Part shown: positions 1 to 9,053 of the stretch, piece by piece | How positions within the stretch are numbered: the stretch's first letter is position 1 | Layout: every line of letters starts with the position of its first letter | From: Planctomycetota bacterium | Lineage (GTDB): Bacteria; Planctomycetota; Planctomycetia; Pirellulales; UBA1268 | Length of the DNA stretch: 64,000 nucleotides | Assembly (NCBI GenBank): GCA_037129495.1 | Contig: JBAXUW010000001.1 | Location: 9,970 to 73,969, forward strand | Reading direction: 5' to 3' | Notes under the pieces: model-generated | What the model was told of the DNA's origin: nothing | Seen by the model: only the letters and a program-made list of their open reading frames with translations | Database searches by the model: none | Made by a program: the position numbers and the translations under genes

Positions 1-92
1 TTGGAATTGCGGAAAAAAAAGATGCCGGGCCGCCGAATTCTCCGTCACGACCCGTGCGGTTTGCCGCACGCGCTTCTGGAAAAGTAGTCGCT

Positions 93-659
93 TCAGGGGG
101 GAGGGCTGCCGGGTGGCAGCGCGATTTCGACATCGGCCGGCGGCGGCGGCGCTGGCTTCGCAGTCGGCGATGATGTGGCGGCGGGGTCGAACTTGGGCGT
201 GTCGGTGCCGGTTCGGGCTTCGAGATCCGCCGTGAGCATCAGGTGAGGAGCTCCTGATGCCGGCCGCAACTCCAGCCGAGTCACGCCCCAGTCTTTGCCG
301 AGTTTGTGGCCCTCGACAATCACGGTGCCTCGCCCCTTGGGGCCGCTTGCCTCAAACTCCATCGCCGCGATGCCGTCGGTCTCGTTCGCCCGGCCCGTCA
401 CTGCCTGGCTGCAGACCACCGTGCCACCCGGACCAGCGAGCAGTTCGATGACCCGTGCATTGCGGGTGATCTCCTGCTGGGCGTCGACCACAACAGGGTG
501 GCTCGACAGTTGGCCGCAGCCGACAGACAAGACGACCGCCAAAAAGCTGACCAAAGTGTGGAAAAGGTGACGAATCGAATGGACTGCCGAACAAGCGGGA
601 AAGGCCCATCGCTGGCTTTTGCCTGGAAAAGTAAGCCCCGGCATCGCGTTCCTTCGCAT
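93..659 (-). CDS. hypothetical lipoprotein (secreted, Pro/Ala-rich C-terminus)
   Basis: Track ORF 93..821(-). I trimmed the start to the in-frame ATG at 659 (alternative 644) so it does not overlap the upstream gene ending at 703. The hydrophobic N-terminus ends in a lipobox-like LSVGC. No family recognised. Confidence 0.5.
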   Translation of the reverse strand: MRRNAMPGLTFPGKSQRWAFPACSAVHSIRHLFHTLVSFLAVVLSVGCGQLSSHPVVVDAQQEITRNARVIELLAGPGGTVVCSQAVTGRANETDGIAAMEFEASGPKGRGTVIVEGHKLGKDWGVTRLELRPASGAPHLMLTADLEARTGTDTPKFDPAATSSPTAKPAPPPPADVEIALPPGSPPP

Positions 660-702
660 GACTGGCCTTCCTGGACGGGGTCTTCTTCTTGGACGGGGCG
701 GT

Positions 703-1347
703 TTAGCCCTTGGCATCGTGCTTTTGGCACCAGGCGATTTTTTCGGCTGTTGTCGTGGGGGCTGCGCCACCACCACCAGCCGGCTTTTTGGTAGCGGCAC
801 TTTTGACAGCCACCTCTTCAATAGCTACCTCTTCAACAGCTACCTCGAGCGGCCCGGTTTCGGACGCCGCGGGCTTCTTTTCGGCTGGTGCAACTGGCTG
901 CGCGGCTGCCGGCTGTGGGGCGGCACCACCAGCCTTGGCTCGGGCCGCGGCAAGGATAGCGGCCGTTGACGGGCGGGCAACTCCGGGCTTGGCTGCCGGG
1001 ATGGAAGCGGTGGGCTTGGCTGCCGGGATGGAAGCGGTGGGCTTGGCTGCCGGGATGGTGGCGGCCGGCTTCGCAGCAGCCGCAGGCTTTCCAGCGGTCG
1101 GCTTGGCAGCCTCTTTCTCCACTGGCTTCGGCAGCGGTTGCGGCACGATCTTGAGTGCCGATGGATGAATGTCGTACCAGCCGATGTTGTTGAATTGGTC
1201 AAACTCGACCAGACAACGACCGTTCATGTTGACGGTTTTGACAGTGCCGGTGGCATTGGCAAATCGGGCTAGTTCCGGGGCCCGGGAGTTGATGACGACA
1301 TATCGGTCGGTCCATTCCGACTTCAGGCGTTCAATAACTTCAAACAT
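703..1347 (-). CDS. hypothetical protein with a globular N-terminal domain and an Ala/Pro/Lys-rich repetitive tail
   Basis: Track ORF 703..1347(-) with an ATG start. The N-terminal ~70 aa are non-repetitive, followed by IPAAKPTAS x3 and an EEVA(I/V) repeat. The opposite-strand ORF 710..1168 is pure low complexity and was rejected. Confidence 0.55.
   Translation of the reverse strand: MFEVIERLKSEWTDRYVVINSRAPELARFANATGTVKTVNMNGRCLVEFDQFNNIGWYDIHPSALKIVPQPLPKPVEKEAAKPTAGKPAAAAKPAATIPAAKPTASIPAAKPTASIPAAKPGVARPSTAAILAAARAKAGGAAPQPAAAQPVAPAEKKPAASETGPLEVAVEEVAIEEVAVKSAATKKPAGGGGAAPTTTAEKIAWCQKHDAKG
985..1065. repeat. 27-bp tandem repeat x3 inside CDS 703..1347
   Basis: Units 985-1011 and 1012-1038 are identical (gggcttggctgccgggatggaagcggt). 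The third unit, 1039-1065, diverges at its end. It encodes the IPAAKPTAS peptide repeat on the minus strand. Confidence 0.85.
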
Positions 1348-1528
1348 GAGTGCATACCGGCGGCGGTCGGAAAGCGGTCAAGTGCGGCTGGGATCCAACC
1401 CTAGGAATTTGATCGATCGGCAGACGAATCGCAAGGCACAGGCGGCAGGCGGTTGGAAAAACGCAGGGAAGTGCTGATTTGAAGGGGGCGAGGCGGGACT
1501 CGCCGGGTCTGTTCTGCCGAGCCTCTTC

Positions 1529-2107
1529 TCAGCCGGGCCGGGTCGCGACCGTGGCTCCGCTGACTGCAACGATGCCCTGTGGTCCAACCGAATAGGACCA
1601 GATAGCCGTCCGCGGCACCGCTGAAGCGGCGGCATCGGCAGTAATCTCGTGTTGCTGGTTGCCTGCGTGATAGATCGACCCCAGCCAGGCGGGAGTCTCA
1701 GAAAGACGGCAGGCGATCTCAAACCGGATTGTGTCTGACAACTCTGGATCAGCCGTAATGCTCGCTGAGAAGTGGGAACGACCGGCCAAGCCGACGCCCA
1801 CAACGGCATAGCCCCCGGCGGAACCGCTCGTCGGCAACGCTACTCGCGAGAGTTCAACGAGGACTGGTGAGGCGGGCCAGCGGGGGTCGTCGCCCGGTGT
1901 CCGCGGGCCCTCCAGCGATTTCCAGCGTACTATTCCGGTACGTCGGTTGGTACTTCTGTCGGTGTGTCTGTGAAGGATCCGATGTGTCCACCGATCCCCG
2001 GCCCAGCTAAAGACAACGGAACTCGAGCCGACGATGAGTTCGAGCGGCGGCCTCGGAGCGGGCGGCGCGAGGCGGGAAGACTCGCTTTGTGGGTAGGATG
2101 ACGGCAT
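1529..2107 (-). CDS. hypothetical protein
   Basis: Track ORF 1529..2107(-) with an ATG start and non-repetitive composition. No motif recognised. Confidence 0.4.
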   Translation of the reverse strand: MPSSYPQSESSRLAPPAPRPPLELIVGSSSVVFSWAGDRWTHRILHRHTDRSTNRRTGIVRWKSLEGPRTPGDDPRWPASPVLVELSRVALPTSGSAGGYAVVGVGLAGRSHFSASITADPELSDTIRFEIACRLSETPAWLGSIYHAGNQQHEITADAAASAVPRTAIWSYSVGPQGIVAVSGATVATRPG

Positions 2108-2188
2108 AGATCATCGATAGCATACGCGAAGCAAACATGTAGGCACGATTTTTGGTGCGGCGTCAGACAGGGCTTTTCAGGGCTTTTC

Positions 2189-3169
2189 ATGGAACCGCGA
2201 CGCTCGTACGGCTGGCCGATCCTGCTCGGTGTCGTGCTGATTGGTTCGATCCTGGCGCTCGTCGTCGGCTGGGTGCTGATCAGCATCGCCGCAGCGCTTG
2301 GTTCAAAAAACGCTGCTTTTTACTGGGCAATCCTGGCTGTGGGGGTTGCGCTCCTCGTGCTCGTGCTCGTGGGAGTGATCATTTATTTGGCCCTCACGCT
2401 CAAGGCCATCGCCCTCTCTCAGCGACAAAGTAATTTTATCGACAGCGTTACTCATGAGCTCAAAAGCCCGCTGGCGTCGCTCAAGCTCTACCTTCAAACG
2501 CTCACGCGGCGGCCCGTGCCGTCGGAGCAACAGGTCGACTTCCATCGCTTCATGCTCGAGGACGTGGAGCGGCTCGACATGCTCATCGATCACCTGCTCG
2601 ATGCCGCCAAGACATTGCAGCGGCGGGGGCGGCCCGGCACCGACGCAACTGAGATCGAGCCGGTGCTGCGGCGGGCCTGCGACGCCGCCGTGCTCCGCTA
2701 TGCAGTGCCCCCGGAGTGCGTGCGGATCGATATCGTCGGCGTCGGTGTTGGTGTCGCGGGGGAGCCCGCCACAGGCGGCGTTTTGCGCGTCTGCGGCCGC
2801 GAAGCCGACGTGGAGATCGTGTTTCGTAATCTCATTGACAATGCGGTGAAGTATTCACTGCCCGATCCGGAAGTGAGTGTGACTGCGTCGGCACAACCGC
2901 GTGGCAAGCTGCTCGTCCGAGTGGCGGACAACGGTCCGGGCATTCCCTTGGCCGAACGGCAAAACATTTTTCAGCGGTTTGTGCGGTTGGGGAGCGAGCT
3001 AGAGCGATCAACGCCAGGCACCGGCCTCGGGCTCTTTCTGGTGCATGCGATCGTGAAGCAGCTGCGGGGCAGGGTGGTGGTGAAGGGCAACCTGCCGCAC
3101 AGGGGCACTATCATGGAGGTCGAACTACCAGCCGCCCCGGACAAGGTGGCAGCCACCAAATTTGGGTAA
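2189..3169 (+). CDS. sensor histidine kinase (two N-terminal TM helices, no obvious sensor domain)
   Basis: H-box SVTHELKSPLASL, N-box NLIDNAVKYS, and G-boxes DNGPGIP and GTGLGLFLV. Only two hydrophobic helices precede the HisKA domain. Confidence 0.85.
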   Translation: MEPRRSYGWPILLGVVLIGSILALVVGWVLISIAAALGSKNAAFYWAILAVGVALLVLVLVGVIIYLALTLKAIALSQRQSNFIDSVTHELKSPLASLKLYLQTLTRRPVPSEQQVDFHRFMLEDVERLDMLIDHLLDAAKTLQRRGRPGTDATEIEPVLRRACDAAVLRYAVPPECVRIDIVGVGVGVAGEPATGGVLRVCGREADVEIVFRNLIDNAVKYSLPDPEVSVTASAQPRGKLLVRVADNGPGIPLAERQNIFQRFVRLGSELERSTPGTGLGLFLVHAIVKQLRGRVVVKGNLPHRGTIMEVELPAAPDKVAATKFG

Positions 3170-3237
3170 ACTACGGCAGCTGCCTGCGCAGACCGGCCAC
3201 ATTCGGTGCCAGGCACCGTTTCCTCTCGAGACCAGCC

Positions 3238-4473
3238 ATGAGCCTTCCCGCCCTCCGCGCTTCCGAGCATCTACACGACGTCAAGTATGAGATCCGCGGC
3301 GCGCTGGCCCGCCGCGCCGAGCAGCTTGAGCGCGAGGGGCATGAAATCATCAAGCTCAACATCGGCAATCCCGGTGCCTTCGGCTTCCGCATGCCGGGCT
3401 CAATGCGGGTCGCGATCGTGGAAAACCTCCACCAAGCCGATCCCTATTCGCACCAAAAGGGAATCTTTCCGGCTCGTGAGGCCGTGGTGATGCAGCAGCA
3501 AAACCGCGGGGTCATGGACGTCACCGCCGACGACGTCTTTATCGGCAACGGCGTCTCCGAACTGATCATGATCGCCATGCGGGCGCTCCTCAATCCGGGC
3601 GACGAGGTGCTCGTGCCGAGCCCCGACTATCCGCTGTGGACGGCGTCGGTCGTGATCCACGGGGCAAAGGCGGTGCACTATCCCTGCCGGCCGGAGAACG
3701 GCTTCGTGCCCGACCCAGCCGAGGTGGAGTCGCTCGTCACCGACCGCACGCGGGCGCTGGTAGTGATCAATCCCAACAACCCGACCGGCGCGGTCTATTC
3801 GCGGGAGGTGCTCGCGAGCTTCGCGGCTCTCGCCGAGCGCCGTCACCTCGTCCTCTGCGTTGACGAGATCTACGATGAGATGCTCTACGGCAATGCGGAA
3901 TTCGTGCCCAGCGCGACGCTTGCAAAAAACACGCTCTGCCTGACCTTTAGCGGCTTGAGCAAGATCTACCGGGCCTGCGGTCTGCGCGTGGGCTGGGTTG
4001 TTTTTTCCGGTGAGCGAGACCACGCGCGGGACTACATTCAGGCGATTGAACTGCTCGCCTCGCTCCGCCTCTGCTCGAACGTGCCGGGTCAATACGCCGT
4101 ACAGACGGCGCTTGGTGGGCATCAGTCGATCTTCGATCTCACGCGGCCTGGCGGCCGACTCCATGCCACGCGGGCCGCGATGCTGGAGGCGATCCAGCAG
4201 AGTAAATTTCTCTCGGTGGTGCCGCCACAGGGGGCGATGTATGCCTTCTTCCGCGTCCATGCCGACCGCCTGCCCGGCGGAGTGGCGGCATTCAACGATC
4301 AGGCGTTCGCCCTCGACCTGCTCGAGCGGAAGCAGGTGTTGATCGCTCCCGGTTCGAGCTTCAACGTGCCCTACCGCGATCATTTCCGGGTCACGCTCCT
4401 GCCCGACGCGGAGCAGATGGCGGACGTCTTCGGCCGGATCGAGTCGTTGCTGGCGGAATACGCCGCGGCGTAG
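3238..4473 (+). CDS. alaA: PLP-dependent aminotransferase class I, AlaA (glutamate-pyruvate) type
   Basis: Colinear by eye with E. coli AlaA/YfbQ: YEIRG near the N-terminus, NIGNPGAFGF, GNGVSELI, INPNNPTGAVYS, PLP-lysine motif SGLSKIYRACGLRVGW, and LCSNVPGQYAVQTALGG. Confidence 0.8.
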   Translation: MSLPALRASEHLHDVKYEIRGALARRAEQLEREGHEIIKLNIGNPGAFGFRMPGSMRVAIVENLHQADPYSHQKGIFPAREAVVMQQQNRGVMDVTADDVFIGNGVSELIMIAMRALLNPGDEVLVPSPDYPLWTASVVIHGAKAVHYPCRPENGFVPDPAEVESLVTDRTRALVVINPNNPTGAVYSREVLASFAALAERRHLVLCVDEIYDEMLYGNAEFVPSATLAKNTLCLTFSGLSKIYRACGLRVGWVVFSGERDHARDYIQAIELLASLRLCSNVPGQYAVQTALGGHQSIFDLTRPGGRLHATRAAMLEAIQQSKFLSVVPPQGAMYAFFRVHADRLPGGVAAFNDQAFALDLLERKQVLIAPGSSFNVPYRDHFRVTLLPDAEQMADVFGRIESLLAEYAAA

Positions 4474-4518
4474 TCGCCCCCTCTTTTCCAGGGCGGTGGG
4501 ACTGGTCTAATCAGCAAC

Positions 4519-6189
4519 ATGAATTCACCCCATGCAGTCCAAACGGCCACCACGCCCAGCGTCGACATTGTGCCCATCCGCCGCGTCCTGGTGAGCGTGT
4601 TCGACAAGACCGGCCTCGGCCGGCTCGCTGCCGGCTTGAAGGCCGCGGGCGTTCGTGTTGTCAGCACCGGTGGCACGAGCAAAGCATTGGCCAGCCACGG
4701 CCTTGAGGTCGAGGACGTCTCGTCGATTACCTCGTTCCCCGAGATCCTCGATGGCCGAGTCAAGACGCTTCATCCGCGGATCTTCGCTGGCGTGCTCGCC
4801 CGGCCCGACCGGGCCGATGATCGGGCCATACTGGCCGAGCATGGCATCGACACGTTCGACGCCGTGATCGTGAACCTCTATGGTTTTGAGTCTGCGGTGA
4901 CGCGGCCCGGATGCACGCCCGGCGAGGCGATCGAATTGATCGATGTCGGCGGTCCGAGTCTTGTCCGGGCCGCGGCCAAGAACCACGCTTTCGCCGCCGT
5001 GGTAACCGGCCCTGAGCAATATGACGAATTCTTGGCCGCGGTCGGCCGCGGCGGCACCACGCTCGCCGAACGACGGCTGCTCGCCGCCCGCGCCTTCCAG
5101 CGCACTGCTGGCTACGACATGGCGATCGCGAGTTGGATGGCCCAGCATGCGGCGGTGCCCGCGACCGCGGGCCAATCGGCTCCGGGAGCAAACGGCGAAC
5201 GTGGCGATAGCGACGAACCGCCGCTCCCCACCCGGTTGACGTTTGAACTGGAGCGGCGGCTACCGCTGCGGTATGGGGAAAACCCGCACCAGTCGGCGGC
5301 CTTATTTGCCCCAGCGGGAACGCACCTTGGGCTTGCCGGACTGAAGCAGCTTTCGGGTAAGGAACTCTCCTACAACAACCTGCTCGATCTCGACGGGGCC
5401 ACGCGGCTCGCCGGCCTGCTTGATGTTCCGGCGGCAGTGGTTGTCAAGCACACCAATCCTTGCGGCGCCACAGCAGCGGCCACCCTCGAGGAGGCGGTTG
5501 CCGTGGCGCTCGCTGCCGACCCGACGAGTGCTTTCGGCTCGATTGTGGCGGTCAACCGCACGTTCAATCGGGCCTGCGCCGAGATTCTGCTTGCGCCGGG
5601 CCTCTTTGTGGAGGTGATCGCTGCACCTGCCTTCGAGCCAGAGGCGGTCGCCCTGCTGACAACAAAGCCGACGTGGAAGGGGAGCGTGAGGCTCGTGGAG
5701 GTGCCGGCGGGCGATCCGTGGTCGGCGACCGACGGGCTGGAACTACGGAGCATCGCCGGGGCAATCCTTGCCCAGCGGCCCGACACCGCCTGCGACGATC
5801 CCGCTACGTGGCGAGTGGTCACGCAGACAGCCCCTGCCCCCAGCCTGACACAGGCCCTCGACTTCGCCTTCACAATTGTGCGGCGGCTGACAAGCAACGC
5901 GATCGCCGTCTGCCAAGGCACGAGCCTCGTGGGGGCCGGTCTTGGCCAGACGAGTCGGGTCGATGCGGTACGGATCGCGCTGGAGAAGGCCGGGGATCGG
6001 GCCCGCGGAAGCGTGCTCTCGTCGGATGCGTTTTTCCCCTTTCCAGATTCGATCGAACTGATCGCGAGGGCGGGCATTGCGGCCGTGATTCAGCCGGGTG
6101 GTTCGAAGCGGGATGCCGAGGTGATCGCCGCAGCCGACGCAGCCGGAATCCCGATGGTGTTTACGTCGCGGCGCCACTTCCGACACTAG
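4519..6189 (+). CDS. purH: bifunctional AICAR transformylase / IMP cyclohydrolase
   Basis: MGS-like N-terminus RVLVSVFDKTGL..GGT, HPRI, VVNLYGF, the KHTNPCG motif, and C-terminal QPGGSKRD..FTSRRHFRH. Confidence 0.95.
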   Translation: MNSPHAVQTATTPSVDIVPIRRVLVSVFDKTGLGRLAAGLKAAGVRVVSTGGTSKALASHGLEVEDVSSITSFPEILDGRVKTLHPRIFAGVLARPDRADDRAILAEHGIDTFDAVIVNLYGFESAVTRPGCTPGEAIELIDVGGPSLVRAAAKNHAFAAVVTGPEQYDEFLAAVGRGGTTLAERRLLAARAFQRTAGYDMAIASWMAQHAAVPATAGQSAPGANGERGDSDEPPLPTRLTFELERRLPLRYGENPHQSAALFAPAGTHLGLAGLKQLSGKELSYNNLLDLDGATRLAGLLDVPAAVVVKHTNPCGATAAATLEEAVAVALAADPTSAFGSIVAVNRTFNRACAEILLAPGLFVEVIAAPAFEPEAVALLTTKPTWKGSVRLVEVPAGDPWSATDGLELRSIAGAILAQRPDTACDDPATWRVVTQTAPAPSLTQALDFAFTIVRRLTSNAIAVCQGTSLVGAGLGQTSRVDAVRIALEKAGDRARGSVLSSDAFFPFPDSIELIARAGIAAVIQPGGSKRDAEVIAAADAAGIPMVFTSRRHFRH

Positions 6190-6286
6190 TTTCACGCAAA
6201 CCACGACAGCCTGTCGTGTTTGCTTGGCCGGCCTCCGCCGGCTGGTGCTTTCCATCGCATCCATCCGACGTGGCCGTTTGTATTTC

Positions 6287-6349
6287 GTGGGATAAGATTT
6301 CGAGCTTGTCCGTTTCTTCGGCACGTTGGAAAACTCGCCGCCACGGGGG
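6287..6349 (+). repeat. palindromic intergenic repeat, full copy R1
   Basis: gtgggataagatttcgagcttgtcc-gtttcttc-ggcacgttggaaaactcgccgccacggggg. It aligns colinearly with 44946-45007 and with the split copy at 49795-49819/51015-51052. The two arms are imperfectly complementary. Confidence 0.85.
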
Positions 6350-6389
6350 CGCGGGCAGCCCGCCCCAGGCGGCTGGTACACTCCTCAGC

Positions 6390-7172
6390 ATGGCAACCAT
6401 CCTTGACGACATCGTGGCCCGGAAACATCGCGAGGTGGCGATCGCTCGGCAGCGAGTGCCGACCATGGCGCTTGAGGGGCGGCTGGCGACTGCGACGCCG
6501 GTGCGGGATTTCTTTGCCGCGGTCTCGGGGCCCGGACCGATCAAGCTGATCGCCGAATTTAAGCGGAAGAGCCCATCGGCCGGTGCACTCCAGCCCGGCG
6601 TCACGGTCGAGGAGATCGTCCGCGGCTATGCGGCGGCCGGCGCAGCGGCGCTCTCCGTGCTCACCGATGCCAGCGATTTCGGCGGCAGCCTCATCGATCT
6701 TGCGGACGCCCGCCTGGCAATGCCGCTGCCGGTGCTGCGAAAGGAGTTTGTTATTGACCGCTATCAGGTGCTCGAGGCCCGAGCCCACGGGGCCGACGCT
6801 GTCCTGCTGATCGCTGAATGCCTGGATGACTGCCATCTCCGCAGCCTCTATCGGGAAATCCTTGACCTGGGCATGACTCCGCTGGTCGAACTCCACGATG
6901 CCGAGCACCTCCAGCGCGTGCTCGATCTGGGGGCCACGCTCATCGGCATCAATAACCGCGACCTCCGCACGATGACAACCGACCTCGACCATGTGCTGCG
7001 GCTGTTTGACCGCGTCCCGGCGGAATGTGTCGTCGTGGCTGAGAGCGGCATCCGCACCCGGGCTGATGTCGAGCGGCTGGAGCGGGCTGGCATCGGCGCG
7101 ATGCTCGTCGGCGAATCACTCCTGCGGAGTGCCGATCCCGGGGCCGCCGCCGCCCTCCTTCTGGGTCGCTGA
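6390..7172 (+). CDS. trpC: indole-3-glycerol phosphate synthase
   Basis: Real start MATILDDIVARK at ATG 6390, inside the over-long track ORF 5460..7172. IGPS signature IAEFKRKSPS, plus LTD..FGGS and INNRDL. Confidence 0.9.
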   Translation: MATILDDIVARKHREVAIARQRVPTMALEGRLATATPVRDFFAAVSGPGPIKLIAEFKRKSPSAGALQPGVTVEEIVRGYAAAGAAALSVLTDASDFGGSLIDLADARLAMPLPVLRKEFVIDRYQVLEARAHGADAVLLIAECLDDCHLRSLYREILDLGMTPLVELHDAEHLQRVLDLGATLIGINNRDLRTMTTDLDHVLRLFDRVPAECVVVAESGIRTRADVERLERAGIGAMLVGESLLRSADPGAAAALLLGR

Positions 7173-7910
7173 CGGTGGCGTGCCTTTCACGAATCGATAG
7201 CCCATGCCGCGGACGGAGAGGAAGTGCACCGGCCGCGCGGGATCGGCCTCGAAATACTTGCGAAGGTTGAGCATGAACGTATCGACCGTCCGCGTCGCCG
7301 GTGCGCGGGCCATGCCCCAGACCCGCTTGAGCAGGTCGCTCCGCGATGACACCGTGCCCTCGTGCTCGACGAGATACCGAAGCAGCTTCATTTCCAGATT
7401 CGTCAGCCGCACCGGCCGGCCGCTGCTCTGTGCCTCCCAGGTATCAAAGTTGACCTCCGCCACGCCGAAACTATAAGTGTTTGCGGCCGCGGCGGTAGTC
7501 TCCTCGGGGGCCACGGCCCGCGTGCGGTCTTGCCGTATTCGACGGGCCAGCAAGTTGCGGACGATCGAGAGCAGTTCATCGAGATCGAACGGTTTTTGCA
7601 GATAGACATCCGTGCCGGCGTCGAAGCCGCGAATCCGGTCCTCGACAAGCGTTCTCGCGGTGAGCATGACAACCGGCACGTCATTTCCCTGCCGGCGAAT
7701 TGCCTCGCAGACGTCGTAGCCGCTCATCCCCGGAAGCATCAAGTCGAGCACCACGAGATCGACTGAGGCCTCGCCGCCTTGGCCGGCCAAAACCGTGAGG
7801 GCGGTCTGGCCGTCTCCGGCAGTTGTCACTGCGAAGCCTTCGGTCTCCAGGTTGTATTGGATGCCGATGGCCAGATGTTCTTCGTCTTCGACGACGAGAA
7901 TGTGCGACAT
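7116..7910 (-). CDS. OmpR-family response regulator
   Basis: Receiver domain (ILVVEDEE, VVLDLMLPGMSG, LTAR, KPF) plus a winged-helix output ending GMGYRF. A ~25-aa tail overlaps the 3' end of trpC on the opposite strand. Confidence 0.9.
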   Translation of the reverse strand: MSHILVVEDEEHLAIGIQYNLETEGFAVTTAGDGQTALTVLAGQGGEASVDLVVLDLMLPGMSGYDVCEAIRRQGNDVPVVMLTARTLVEDRIRGFDAGTDVYLQKPFDLDELLSIVRNLLARRIRQDRTRAVAPEETTAAAANTYSFGVAEVNFDTWEAQSSGRPVRLTNLEMKLLRYLVEHEGTVSSRSDLLKRVWGMARAPATRTVDTFMLNLRKYFEADPARPVHFLSVRGMGYRFVKGTPPSATQKEGGGGPGIGTPQE

Positions 7911-7985
7911 GGGCGGGCGGGGTGGCGAGTCAAGAGTGGAACATGCCTAGAAATGGCCAAAACCGATTCTAGCGTCCCACAGTTG

Positions 7986-9053
7986 TCACCGCACCAGCAC
8001 GGGCCGCGGCCGGACGCCGCGGACATAACCATGGCCGATAAACCAGTCCCAGGCGTCTTGGGCAGCCACCTCGAAGGATCCCCGCGTGTAGCTGAGTTCG
8101 GCCTCGGCCCGGGCAGAGGAGAAATTGTGGGACAGCATCGACATGCTGGTTGCCGCTGAGTTGACCTGCGGTTCCTGGCTGGTGAGCAGGCCGGCCAGAT
8201 CGCCGCACCAGCCAGCCATGTGCACGAAGGGCCATGGGGCAATGCCCAGCGGCTGGAGGCGGCCTGAGATGCGGGCAAAGATCCGCCAGGCATCAAGGTA
8301 GGAAAAAGGCTGTCCACCCAGAATGTAGCGGCGGCCGGTTTCGCCGCGGGTCATTGCCGAAATAATGCCCCGCGCGACATCCCGAACGTCGACGAAATCG
8401 TTCGAGCCAGGCGGAGCGAAGAGACCGCGACCCGCACCCACCTCCAAGAGCATCCTACCGCTTGACGGCTTCCAGTCCCATGGACCGATCATGTAGGCGG
8501 GATTGACGATGACGGCATCGAGTCCCTTCTCGACTTCGGCGAGCACGGCAGCCTCGGCCTCGCGCTTTGTCACCACGTAGGGGCATTCGGGCATGCCGCC
8601 GCAGGGCGTCTCTTCGTCGGCCGGGGCGCCGTCAGACCGGAGGCCGATCGCATCGACGCTGGAGACGTGGATGAACCTTGCGCCGGCCCGTCGGGCTGCT
8701 CGTGCCACCACCCGCGTACCTTCTACATTGACATGTCGCATCTCGGCCAAGTGCCGCCAGCCGACATGCACCAGCGCCGCCGAGTGCACGACATGGGTCG
8801 CGCCGGCAACGGCCCGCTGCATGGCAGCCTCGTCGTGGAGTTCGGCCGCGACTGTTTCGATTGGCAGCCCTAAGAATGCGCTGCGGCCGACGGGATGCCC
8901 GAACAACTGCCCCGGCCGCACCAACACCCGCACGTTGTGCTCGCGGTTGACCAATTGACGAACGACGTTGTTACCAACCAGACCTGTAGCACCGGTGACA
9001 AAGCAGTTCACTGCTGCGGTGGGCTGCAGAAGAGTAGGGTTTTTGGCAATCAT
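7986..9053 (-). CDS. NAD-dependent epimerase/dehydratase family protein (extended SDR)
   Basis: Rossmann motif VTGATGLVGNNVV near the N-terminus when started at ATG 9053 (track ORF runs to 9119). YVVTK catalytic Y-x3-K. Confidence 0.8.
   Translation of the reverse strand: MIAKNPTLLQPTAAVNCFVTGATGLVGNNVVRQLVNREHNVRVLVRPGQLFGHPVGRSAFLGLPIETVAAELHDEAAMQRAVAGATHVVHSAALVHVGWRHLAEMRHVNVEGTRVVARAARRAGARFIHVSSVDAIGLRSDGAPADEETPCGGMPECPYVVTKREAEAAVLAEVEKGLDAVIVNPAYMIGPWDWKPSSGRMLLEVGAGRGLFAPPGSNDFVDVRDVARGIISAMTRGETGRRYILGGQPFSYLDAWRIFARISGRLQPLGIAPWPFVHMAGWCGDLAGLLTSQEPQVNSAATSMSMLSHNFSSARAEAELSYTRGSFEVAAQDAWDWFIGHGYVRGVRPRPVLVR

Noticed and set aside
51-69. Hairpin cgtgcgg-tttg-ccgcacg downstream of the first gene, as a terminator.
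   Set aside because: It has a 7-bp stem but no U-tract on the relevant (minus) strand. That is too weak to call.
4474-4518. Looked for a ZTP (pfl) riboswitch upstream of purH.
   Set aside because: Only 45 nt separate alaA from purH, which is too short. The conserved GGGUCGUGAC / CCGCCUGGGC-type cores are also absent.
5460-6389. The 5' two-thirds of the 570-aa track ORF 5460..7172, overlapping purH in another frame.
   Set aside because: The Arg/Gly-rich nonsense-like translation overlaps a strongly supported purH. Recognisable TrpC sequence starts only at ATG 6390.
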